IMG/VR virus record: IMGVR_UViG_3300047373_000021
Span: 1-31,692 of that record
DNA from: a virus
Reading direction: 5' to 3' (one strand)
DNA length: 31,692 bases
This document shows positions 17,316-24,594 of this stretch, one piece after another; position 1 is the stretch's first letter, and every line of letters begins with the position of its first letter. The notes beneath the pieces are model-generated. The model ran no database searches. It saw nothing but the letters and a program-made list of their open reading frames with translations, and was not told the origin of the DNA. A program made the position numbers and the translations under genes.

Positions 17316-18185
17316 TTAGTCATGGCAAAAACAGCTTCTAGTATCATCATCCAGCAAATCTAATTGGGTGTTATCTTCTGCAATTTGCACAATATCAATA
17401 AATCCCTGACCATTAGATTTAAAAGTTGCAACGTAATTAGAGCCATAATCTTTTTTGGCTTTTGCTATTTTGGTCTCTTGTTTAATCCACCAATCAGCTA
17501 AATCAGGTCTTTCTTTTATAATCTTTACTAAAGTTTGCGTACCTTTTAAGTAACACAAATCACAGTTACCAGCTATAGTTTTACCATTGTAGTTGGGTAG
17601 CTTTAAATCAAAATTGCTTTTTTCCCAAAACTCTCCAACATGCTCTGCTGTAACTTTATTGTCATAAAGTGGCATTAATGATTCCCATTTATTTTTGTTA
17701 GCTTCGTTTTGATTTTTTTGTTTTGATACCCTTCTAGGTTCATCATATCTAAGACCTATGACATTAAACCACTCTTTGTAACCCTTTGACCTCATAAATC
17801 TAGCCATAACACTTACTTTTAATTCTGCTGTACAAATTCTCATAGCTGGATTTGGTAACATTTTCTTTCTATCTATCAATGCTTCAAAAGGTTCTCCATT
17901 CCTACTAGCTGTTTTGTAATTAACTTCTTTGTTTCTATAAATTGGTCTTTCCTCATGTATATCTAATTCCAACCAATTCACTTTTACATCCCACATCTCT
18001 TCACAATCATGTATGAAATCTAAAGTTTCATCCATCTCTTTACCAGTATTTGCAAAAACCACATGCACATCTTCAGGTAATTTACCATCATGTGCTTTAA
18101 GTATTTCATGCAACATATATGCTGAAGTTCTACCGCCACTAAAACTAATTAAAGCAGGTTCATCTATTTTGTATTTATTTTTCAT
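17316..18185 (-). CDS. PAPS reductase-family PP-loop (adenine nucleotide alpha-hydrolase) enzyme with C-terminal Cys motifs.
   Basis: The PP-loop is SFSGGRTS. Also MRICTAELK and GLRYDEPRR, plus the Cys clusters NCDLCYLKG and RSCFCHD. Confidence 0.8.
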   Translation of the reverse strand: MKNKYKIDEPALISFSGGRTSAYMLHEILKAHDGKLPEDVHVVFANTGKEMDETLDFIHDCEEMWDVKVNWLELDIHEERPIYRNKEVNYKTASRNGEPFEALIDRKKMLPNPAMRICTAELKVSVMARFMRSKGYKEWFNVIGLRYDEPRRVSKQKNQNEANKNKWESLMPLYDNKVTAEHVGEFWEKSNFDLKLPNYNGKTIAGNCDLCYLKGTQTLVKIIKERPDLADWWIKQETKIAKAKKDYGSNYVATFKSNGQGFIDIVQIAEDNTQLDLLDDDTRSCFCHD

Positions 18186-18672
18186 AATTTATCCTTTTAA
18201 AATTAACAGCCTTATCTAATTTAGATAACAACTCTTTAGCCTTCATAAAGTCTTGAGGAATACATCTTAATAATTCTTCTATACTAAAGATCATCATGTC
18301 AGGCTCATCTTTATGTGTCTTTTGTAAGATAGGTTTCTCATCATCAGTATCACAAACTAAAGCAGTCTTCTTATCAAAGTTAAAACATCTAGTATTAGGT
18401 TGTATTCTCATATAACCACTTTCTTCACATTTCTTGTTAAGTGAATCAAATGCTCTAGTCATCATCTCAACCATCTTAATCTTTTCTTTAACATGACCTT
18501 TGTAAAGTGCATCCTTAAACATAGATTCTGCTCTGCAAAACTTAATCTCAAAATCTACACCTAACATCTTGAATATTCTTTTCCTAGAACCCCACCTCTC
18601 AAAAGATTCAGCTTCATACATTCTTAACTTCTTCAATTCACTTTCAAAAGATTCATCTAAATATGTCTTCAT
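18175..18672 (-). CDS. Hypothetical protein (165 aa). It overlaps the PAPS-reductase-like gene start by 11 nt.
   Basis: GGAG lies 9 nt upstream of the ATG at 18672. The TTG at 18687 in the ORF track lies inside the repeat region. Confidence 0.6.
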   Translation of the reverse strand: MKTYLDESFESELKKLRMYEAESFERWGSRKRIFKMLGVDFEIKFCRAESMFKDALYKGHVKEKIKMVEMMTRAFDSLNKKCEESGYMRIQPNTRCFNFDKKTALVCDTDDEKPILQKTHKDEPDMMIFSIEELLRCIPQDFMKAKELLSKLDKAVNFKRINYEK

Positions 18673-18813
18673 TGGTTTGGTCTCCAATCGTGAAATTCAT
18701 AGTGGTTTGGGTTGGTTGCTTTAGAAAAGCAAACCAAACCAACCAACTTTTTGATAATTTGGGCAAAAAAACCAAACCAAAACAAACCAAAACCAAACCA
18801 AAACCAAACCATA
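18673..18813. repeat. Iteron-like array of CCAAACC/GGTTTGG heptamers plus an imperfect inverted repeat. Candidate replication origin or regulatory region.
   Basis: GGTTTGG occurs at 18674 and 18704. CCAAACC occurs at 18734, 18772, 18793 and 18804, plus a degenerate copy at 18783. The 11-bp unit CCAAACCAAAA is repeated about 3.7 times across 18772-18810. An imperfect inverted repeat spans 18702-18719 / 18729-18747. Confidence 0.6.
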
Positions 18814-20694
18814 TCAAAATACCTCATTATCGAAAGATTTTGACTGATATCCATAACCTTCTTTGTAATGCACTAAATCATGTGCTTTTAAATCTGCTAA
18901 TCTAGTTTTTAGCGTACTATCTTTAATATCCATTCTAGCTGCTAATATTGAATACTTAACCCAAACACTAATAGGGTCATTAGGCTCTTTTTCCTTCTGA
19001 TATTCTTCTATAGCATCTAATGTTTCTTTTCTTGCTGATGTAAGCATCATTTCTTTAGGAGACTCTAGCGTTAGTTTCAATACACCTGAAGTAACATTGC
19101 TAAAGCCAAAGACTTCTACCTCATGGAACTTAAAGTTCATAGGTTGTATTGGTCTACCATCTTTAACAAGTGTCTGATCTACAGATACAAGCATAGCTTC
19201 ATCATCACCACTTCTTTTAACCCTAAACTCATAGTCAAGTGCTGCTGGTAATACAGAGCTTCCTCTTGCCCTTGCTGAAGAACCATGACCAGTATGATGT
19301 ACTATCACTATAGAAGCATTAAACTCTTCTTTAAGCATGTCTACACGCTGTATAAAGGTATTCATGTCTTTAGTGCTGTTCTCATCTAAACCATAGTTTC
19401 TAGCTAAGGTGTCTATAATAATCATACCTATACCATTGTTCTCAGCTTCTATATCTCTACAAACCTGTTGCAAGATAGCAAACTCTTCATCATCACCTAT
19501 CCTTGAACCTCTATTAGATACAAGCAAAGGTTTCTTATCTAAGTTCATGCTATAGAACTGTTCATACGCCTTAATACGCCTACCAACTGCATTAGTTCCC
19601 TCACCTGCAAGATAAAGTACAGTTGATGGTTTAGTGTCATATCCATAAAAATCTTTACCTGAAGCAACAGCACAACCCATAGCAATAGCTATAAATGACT
19701 TACCTGACTTTGGTGCTCCAAATATAGAAGTAACAGTTCCACGTTCTATACATCTATCCACTAACCAATCAGGCTCAGTAATATTGGCCATGATCTCATT
19801 TACTGTTTGAAAATATAAACTTCCTTTTGGTCTTTTTGCTGTATTGCTTTTTATGTAATCTTCCAACGATTTAGAGTCTGCAAAATAACCTGATTCATAC
19901 GCATCCCATAAATCATCTTTTTCATTAAAATCTTTTGGTGGTTCAGCAATTAAAACACTACAACCATTTTGTTTTAGGTAACTAGAAATCTCATTAGCAA
20001 CTTTCTTACCAGCTTCATCATTATCAGGAAATATCCAAACATCCCTTCCATAGATAGGCGACCAGTCAGCTTTATTCCAACTATTAACGCCACCATGCCA
20101 TGTACAAGCATCTCCATCCTTCCTTATAGCTTCACATCCACGCAATGCTTTCTCACCTTCATTAATAATAATAGGTTTATCAGGAAAGTTATTAGTGTGA
20201 TAAATAGGTAGCAACCCTTCAGGTCTTCGCATAGACCATGAACCATCAGGATTCATACTGAAGGGTGCATACTTCTGTTTGATTGGATGCCCATCAGGAA
20301 ACCTCATGACCCAAAAATTAGTAGAATACTGCACTTTTACTATTGCTTGAGAATGAAGTTCCCTCATTTGGACTTTTGTAAAAGACCTTGCATTGCCCTT
20401 ATTAGTGCCATTTGGGGGAGTCACACTAACGCTGAGTAAGGAGTCATTAGGCAATGCTTGGTCATAACCAAACTGTTTTAAAATTGTATTTATGTCTTTG
20501 TTATGGTGCTTTATTAAGTCTAAGATGCCACCACCAACATCATTTTCAAAGTCATACCAAGTAGCAGATTCTAGGTTTAGTGTAAAAGAGCCATGAGTAC
20601 CCCATCTAAGTTCTTTAGATGAGATACTGCTTGGTTCGCCTAGTATTTGCTTTGCTACTTCAGGTGCGATTCTTTGCCAATCTACTGAATTCAT
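18814..20694 (-). CDS. Bifunctional DNA primase / replicative helicase: Cys-less CHC2-like N-domain, TOPRIM domain, RepA/AAA_25-type ATPase and a C-terminal wHTH-like tail.
   Basis: TOPRIM motifs IINEGEKA ... FPDNDEAGKK. Walker A is GAPKSGKS and Walker B is MIIIDTLARNYG. Confidence 0.85.
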   Translation of the reverse strand: MNSVDWQRIAPEVAKQILGEPSSISSKELRWGTHGSFTLNLESATWYDFENDVGGGILDLIKHHNKDINTILKQFGYDQALPNDSLLSVSVTPPNGTNKGNARSFTKVQMRELHSQAIVKVQYSTNFWVMRFPDGHPIKQKYAPFSMNPDGSWSMRRPEGLLPIYHTNNFPDKPIIINEGEKALRGCEAIRKDGDACTWHGGVNSWNKADWSPIYGRDVWIFPDNDEAGKKVANEISSYLKQNGCSVLIAEPPKDFNEKDDLWDAYESGYFADSKSLEDYIKSNTAKRPKGSLYFQTVNEIMANITEPDWLVDRCIERGTVTSIFGAPKSGKSFIAIAMGCAVASGKDFYGYDTKPSTVLYLAGEGTNAVGRRIKAYEQFYSMNLDKKPLLVSNRGSRIGDDEEFAILQQVCRDIEAENNGIGMIIIDTLARNYGLDENSTKDMNTFIQRVDMLKEEFNASIVIVHHTGHGSSARARGSSVLPAALDYEFRVKRSGDDEAMLVSVDQTLVKDGRPIQPMNFKFHEVEVFGFSNVTSGVLKLTLESPKEMMLTSARKETLDAIEEYQKEKEPNDPISVWVKYSILAARMDIKDSTLKTRLADLKAHDLVHYKEGYGYQSKSFDNEVF

Positions 20695-21299
20695 TAGAAA
20701 GGCACATCTGAATTATCTTCCTCTGCTTGATTTACTAAATCAGCTAAACCTGCATTTGGAGAAACAAAACCATCATCATTGTCAACTGGTGCATCAGGGT
20801 CAACATACCAGTCAGGCACGTTAAAACCTCTATCACCCCACTTAACAAATTCAAATGTAAGTTCAGATGAACTACCCATACCTACTTGAATAGGTTTCGA
20901 GCCTTTGTATTCTACTACTGGCAACTTGCCTACGTTAGCATCCTTCTCATGCCAAAATGTTCCTAGTATCTTATTAAAAGCACTAGATTCAGCAAAAGTA
21001 AATCTTTGCCATAACATCGCATGACCACCATCAGGCATTACCCAACATGAGAATGCTCTCTTCCAATCATCAGCAGGTTTAGGGTCTACAACACCAAACT
21101 TTGCATCCCATTTATATTCAAAGCCATCACCTTTTGTATATCTACCCCAACCTGATTTGAATGTGTCAATATCAAGTTGTAAGTATTTAAACTCTATTGG
21201 TGTTTCTCCATTTGCAAAGAACTGTTGACCTATTGTTTTAAAGCCAAAGTAAATTTGCGGTTTCTCTTCGGAATTTGTCATTCCTCCTAAAATATCCAT
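20694..21299 (-). CDS. Putative ssDNA-binding / annealing protein (T7 gp2.5-like logic).
   Basis: The acidic C-terminal tail ends ...VNQAEEDNSDVPF (compare E. coli SSB ...DDDIPF and the acidic aromatic tail of T7 gp2.5). It lies directly upstream of the primase-helicase gene with a TAATG overlap. Confidence 0.45.
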   Translation of the reverse strand: MDILGGMTNSEEKPQIYFGFKTIGQQFFANGETPIEFKYLQLDIDTFKSGWGRYTKGDGFEYKWDAKFGVVDPKPADDWKRAFSCWVMPDGGHAMLWQRFTFAESSAFNKILGTFWHEKDANVGKLPVVEYKGSKPIQVGMGSSSELTFEFVKWGDRGFNVPDWYVDPDAPVDNDDGFVSPNAGLADLVNQAEEDNSDVPF

Positions 21300-21315
21300 A
21301 CTATACTCCTATGGT

Positions 21316-21525
21316 TTAATGTATTGTTTTATCAATACTGTTTATATAATCAGTCTCAAGTTGGGTGTAACACCTTTCCTTAAAACTTTCGTAATCCTCG
21401 TCATTAATAATGCCAAGAAATTCACATGCAACTAATATCTTGTCAAAAGACATTCTGCAATATTGTTCAAAATCTTCTTCAAGTAAATAACTATGTAAGT
21501 CCATTAGCCTTTTGTACGACTTCAT
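21316..21525 (-). CDS. Hypothetical protein (69 aa).
   Basis: ORF on the coding strand with GAGAGG 4 nt upstream of the ATG. Confidence 0.5.
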   Translation of the reverse strand: MKSYKRLMDLHSYLLEEDFEQYCRMSFDKILVACEFLGIINDEDYESFKERCYTQLETDYINSIDKTIH

Positions 21526-21916
21526 CTAACCTCTCACATACTTCTGATAGCGGACACATATAGTATTGTTCCCAATTCTTTTTATACCCACTCTCCATTA
21601 GATATAGAGGTATAACGCACATAATCTTACGCCTATCGTATTTATAAATTAATACTGGTATCAGGTTATCATTAGCACTCTCAACTGCTTGATTCCACCA
21701 TGCATTTTTAAATACATCACTTCTACCAGTGCCTTTGTATCGTTTACATTCTATTGCCAAGTTATCCCAGTAAATATCAGCCATACCTTTGGTTTGATAT
21801 TGATCTAGGTTTCTTTTAACAGTCTTGGTGCTACCTTTAGATGCAAGATAAGTATTAATCTTTTTAACTATCACTCTCTCAAATGCTGCACCTTTTGTTC
21901 TACTGTTAATTGGCAT
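21491..21916 (-). CDS. PD-(D/E)XK nuclease, Holliday-junction-resolvase-like.
   Basis: SRTKGAAFERVIVKKI ... GMADIYWDNLAIECK fits the G..(F)E ... D ... E.K signature of Hjc / VRR-NUC-type nucleases. Confidence 0.6.
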   Translation of the reverse strand: MPINSRTKGAAFERVIVKKINTYLASKGSTKTVKRNLDQYQTKGMADIYWDNLAIECKRYKGTGRSDVFKNAWWNQAVESANDNLIPVLIYKYDRRKIMCVIPLYLMESGYKKNWEQYYMCPLSEVCERLDEVVQKANGLT

Positions 21917-22100
21917 CTATGAAAATCTCCTTCTTACCAGTAGCATGATAAGTAATAGTTAATGTATCTCCATCTTTAACTTCTGTATAACCAGCACCAT
22001 TATTAACGTGGATATACCATTCATCTTTCTGCTTATTCAGCTTTAATCTTTGCGTTTCAACTATATCGCTATACTGAGTCATTGTTCTTCTCAGCTTCAT
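21906..22100 (-). CDS. Hypothetical protein (64 aa).
   Basis: ORF on the coding strand, overlapping both neighbours. Confidence 0.5.
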   Translation of the reverse strand: MKLRRTMTQYSDIVETQRLKLNKQKDEWYIHVNNGAGYTEVKDGDTLTITYHATGKKEIFIDAN

Positions 22101-22233
22101 AAGTCACCATGCCTAGCTTAATAAGCATCTGACTTGCTTGCTCTATTGTTAAGTTGTTTTGTATTGCAAAGATTTTTATATCTTTGTGTAGCTCTTCAGG
22201 AATCCAAAGTGCTTTTTTTATTACTTCATCCAT
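22069..22233 (-). CDS. Ribbon-helix-helix (CopG/Arc-like) DNA-binding protein (54 aa). It is not in the ORF track.
   Basis: MDEVIKKALWIPEELHKDIKIFAIQNNLTIEQASQMLIKLGM... fits a strand-helix-turn-helix pattern. GGAGAG lies 8 nt upstream of the ATG. The frame checked open. Confidence 0.55.
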   Translation of the reverse strand: MDEVIKKALWIPEELHKDIKIFAIQNNLTIEQASQMLIKLGMVTYEAEKNNDSV

Positions 22234-22253
22234 TGTTTTGACTCTCCATATTT

Positions 22254-22282
22254 ATATTAAAATTAATTTGATAATAAAGCAA
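22254..22282 (-). promoter_or_regulatory. Candidate sigma70-type promoter upstream of the RHH gene (-35 TTGCTT, 17-bp spacer, -10 TAATAT).
   Basis: The hexamers were read on the minus strand. The predicted transcript would start almost at the SD, so this is weak. Confidence 0.3.
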
Positions 22283-22373
22283 AGACTTTATTACATCTTT
22301 CTCCAAAAACCTTATACTGTTGTTAAGGGCAAAGGATAAACTCTCCATACTATACTCTAATACTCTCATTATC

Positions 22374-22529
22374 TTATTTGCCCTTACTTAAATTTAATTT
22401 CCCACTTGTTAAAAAATTCATATCAAAGTCACCTTTTCTAACATGACTTCTAAAAATCTTTTTGTATCGTTTAAGAGATATATAATCTCCTGTTGATTCT
22501 ACTTTTTTAAAGATAAATAGTTTTATCAT
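22374..22529 (-). CDS. Small basic hypothetical protein (51 aa). It is not in the ORF track.
   Basis: The ATG at 22529 forms an ATGA overlap with the exonuclease stop. The frame checked open to the TAA at 22374-22376. Confidence 0.4.
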   Translation of the reverse strand: MIKLFIFKKVESTGDYISLKRYKKIFRSHVRKGDFDMNFLTSGKLNLSKGK

Positions 22530-23353
22530 AAAACCAAATCAACAACATTAGGACTATTGTAAATACTTAAAGTCTTACCCTTCTTGTATTCTTTATAGTC
22601 TTCTAAATAAGTTTCCATTATTGACCAACCAAAATCCATCTGCTCTTTAGTCATTCTAAATACTTTAGATGCATAAGGATAAGTCTTCTCTTGGGCAACA
22701 AACATAAAGTCAGTTACCTTATAACCAGCAGCTTCCATACCACGCCTATAATAAGATGCTTGTAGATCATATCTAAACTTCTTAACAGACTTAGCGAAGG
22801 TGTAAGGCTCAACTGATTGGGTAGTCTTGTAGTCCACTATAACTATCTCATCTTTTGAATCAGTATTATCTAAAGGCGGACATATCAAGTCAGGCCTACA
22901 CTTACACAAAACATCATCTTCATACCAGTAAAAGCTAGACTCAGCCACTTTACCCTTAGCATCAAGATAAGCATTGCCTTCATAGATCATCTTGTCTTTC
23001 ATACCTTGTATAAGTTCTACATCTGCTTCTTTCAATACAGTAAGACCACGCTTCTCGTATTCTTCTTTGAGTTCCTTGTTAGCCTTAGTGTAAGGACTAC
23101 CAGTAATAACAACTACTTCTTTATCAAATGCTTCCTGACCTTCTACAAGCAATGAATGAGCTGCAGTTCCAAACCTCATGGCTGGTGTTGTTTCTTGTTG
23201 ATGCTCTATTGCATGTAACTGTGATTCACCAAACCTTCTAATGAAACTACTACTTACACCAACACCTGCATGATAATCCTTGTTAGGTATATCATCACAA
23301 ACCCATGCTTTGCCACGTTGCTCTGATTGGTATTCTTTTAACTCTTCTATCAT
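22526..23353 (-). CDS. PD-(D/E)XK recombination exonuclease (RecE / DUF3799-like).
   Basis: DIPNKDYHAG..VSSS.I ... FGTAAHSLLVEG ... IVDYKTT ... LQASYY are the characteristic motifs. Confidence 0.7.
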   Translation of the reverse strand: MIEELKEYQSEQRGKAWVCDDIPNKDYHAGVGVSSSFIRRFGESQLHAIEHQQETTPAMRFGTAAHSLLVEGQEAFDKEVVVITGSPYTKANKELKEEYEKRGLTVLKEADVELIQGMKDKMIYEGNAYLDAKGKVAESSFYWYEDDVLCKCRPDLICPPLDNTDSKDEIVIVDYKTTQSVEPYTFAKSVKKFRYDLQASYYRRGMEAAGYKVTDFMFVAQEKTYPYASKVFRMTKEQMDFGWSIMETYLEDYKEYKKGKTLSIYNSPNVVDLVL

Positions 23354-23526
23354 TGCACTACCCCCATAAGATAGGCTATCTCAGTCAAAGACTCTCTGAC
23401 CTTATGCTCATCGTTACCAACTTGCACTTTAGTCTCACCAGTCATAAAGTCTTTGTAATAACCTCTGACCTCTCTTTTGGGTAGGCGGATTTCTCCGCCA
23501 CCTAATATATTAAATACTACTTCCAT
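23350..23526 (-). CDS. Small hypothetical protein (58 aa). It is not in the ORF track.
   Basis: AGGAGA lies 5 nt upstream of the ATG. ATGA overlap with the exonuclease start. Confidence 0.45.
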   Translation of the reverse strand: MEVVFNILGGGEIRLPKREVRGYYKDFMTGETKVQVGNDEHKVRESLTEIAYLMGVVQ

Positions 23527-23612
23527 TTATCTCTCCTTTTATCTGACTCAATCGCCATAAGTATTACCAAGCAAGATATATATCCCACTATTAACATGAT
23601 TACATATTCCAT
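23517..23612 (-). CDS. Possible 31-aa single-pass membrane peptide (MEYVIMLIVGYISCLVILMAIESDKRRDKWK).
   Basis: GAGGAG lies about 8 nt upstream. TAATG overlap with the upstream gene. It has a hydrophobic core followed by a basic tail. Confidence 0.35.
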   Translation of the reverse strand: MEYVIMLIVGYISCLVILMAIESDKRRDKWK

Positions 23613-23887
23613 TACTTCAATCTCCTCAGCCTAGCCTTCTCGTTGTTGTGTTGCCTAGTCTCCTCATTCAAAGGTGCATGTAACGCATCCAAGAAGTCTA
23701 AGGCTATCTTTCTTTGCTCTTTGGTTAGCTGAACCAGTATTTTGTAATCTGACCTTCTATACATAGGGTACTGGTAAAAACACTTATCCCTGTTTTTGTA
23801 TTCCCAAAGAACTGGTTTATCTATGCCTTCAATATGGTCTTCCCAAATATAAAAAGCATCATCAAATCTTTCTGCAAATCTTTCCAT
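23612..23887 (-). CDS. Hypothetical early protein (91 aa from MERFAERF...).
   Basis: The ATG at 23887 forms a TAATG overlap with the upstream stop and follows a G-rich SD. The ORF-track start at 23902 is less likely. Confidence 0.55.
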   Translation of the reverse strand: MERFAERFDDAFYIWEDHIEGIDKPVLWEYKNRDKCFYQYPMYRRSDYKILVQLTKEQRKIALDFLDALHAPLNEETRQHNNEKARLRRLK

Positions 23888-24114
23888 TACTTCACCCCCC
23901 ACTTAGCAATATATTCATGGTCAGCTAAACTCTTGTTGTTGTAGTCTTTTTCCTTTAATAACTTATTAAGTCTCTTTTCAATATACTTACAAAGTATAGC
24001 TTTCCTATCTTTATCAATTTTTTTTGAATTGATACATCCTTCAAATAATATTCTCAAATCTTCAATGCTAAGTTGCCTTATTTCTTTTTGCACTTTTTCA
24101 GGTAATCTTTCCAT
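23887..24114 (-). CDS. Hypothetical early protein (75 aa).
   Basis: ORF on the coding strand with TAATG junctions at both ends. Confidence 0.55.
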   Translation of the reverse strand: MERLPEKVQKEIRQLSIEDLRILFEGCINSKKIDKDRKAILCKYIEKRLNKLLKEKDYNNKSLADHEYIAKWGVK

Positions 24115-24263
24115 TACTTCCCCCTCTTTTTAGTTAGTTTTACTTCGTGACCTTGTCTTTTTAATCTACCCATCTTGCTAAATGCAAAAACCAAGTCGCT
24201 AGTCTTAATGGCAACTACCCAACCTAAGCTAGGTAGTTTTACTTCTAAAGTGTATCTAGTCAT
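24114..24263 (-). CDS. Small hypothetical early protein (49 aa). It is not in the ORF track.
   Basis: MTRYTLEVKLPSLGWVVAIKTSDLVFAFSKMGRLKRQGHEVKLTKKRGK. TAATG junctions at both ends. The frame checked open. Confidence 0.4.
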   Translation of the reverse strand: MTRYTLEVKLPSLGWVVAIKTSDLVFAFSKMGRLKRQGHEVKLTKKRGK

Positions 24264-24523
24264 TATGCACACACCTTATCTGAATCTTCATCACAAAAAT
24301 ACATGTGAGGATTTTCTATTTGATGTGTTTTAGCATTAATCTTACGCCTTACATAAGTTTGCTCTTGTAGTATAGAATCTATGTGGTTATCAAACCTTTC
24401 TTTATTAATTAGATCGTGTGCATATTGCTCAGTTACTATTTCTAAATCAATTGATAGTTTTTTAAATTCTAATTTAAGAATTACTAACTCCGCCTGAGTT
24501 CTATCTAGTTTGTTTGTGTTCAT
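24263..24523 (-). CDS. Hypothetical early protein, predicted helical/coiled (86 aa from MNTNKL...).
   Basis: AAGGAG lies 7 nt upstream of the ATG at 24523. The ORF-track start at 24547 would lie at or upstream of the predicted transcription start. Confidence 0.55.
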   Translation of the reverse strand: MNTNKLDRTQAELVILKLEFKKLSIDLEIVTEQYAHDLINKERFDNHIDSILQEQTYVRRKINAKTHQIENPHMYFCDEDSDKVCA

Positions 24524-24552
24524 GTTTGACTCCTTTTTGTTTAACATAACGT

Positions 24553-24582
24553 ATTATAAACATATATATATAAATATGTAAA
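24553..24582 (-). promoter_or_regulatory. Near-consensus sigma70-type promoter for the early/replication operon (-35 TTTACA, 18-bp spacer, -10 TATAAT).
   Basis: Read on the minus strand in the 47-bp AT-rich gap 24548-24594. The spacer contains the inverted repeat ACATAT...ATATGT. Confidence 0.5.
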
Positions 24583-24594
24583 TAAATTAATTAA

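Noticed and set aside
18768-18811. Possible CRISPR array or simple satellite.
   Set aside because: The units are only 10-11 bp and directly abutting, with no spacers and no cas genes. This is not a CRISPR array.
18663-18905. ORFs 18663..18905 (+) and 18669..18854 (-) across the CCAAACC array.
   Set aside because: Their translations are artefacts of the nucleotide repeats (KTKPKQTKTKPKPN, FWFGFGLFWFGFF). The region is better explained as non-coding iterons.
22226-22348. A 40-aa ORF, together with the 14-bp motif TCCATACTATACTC shared between 22344-22357 and 21295-21308.
   Set aside because: On the coding strand the motif reads (G/A)GAGTATAGTATGGA. At 21295 it is simply the SD plus start codon of the SSB-like gene. 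The second copy may be a duplicated initiation region, but the 40-aa ORF is extremely AT-rich and low in information. I could not support it as either a promoter or a gene.
23484-23499. The hairpin GGCGGA-tttc-TCCGCC.
   Set aside because: It lies inside the 58-aa ORF (encoding GGGEIR) and has no U-tract. It is probably incidental.
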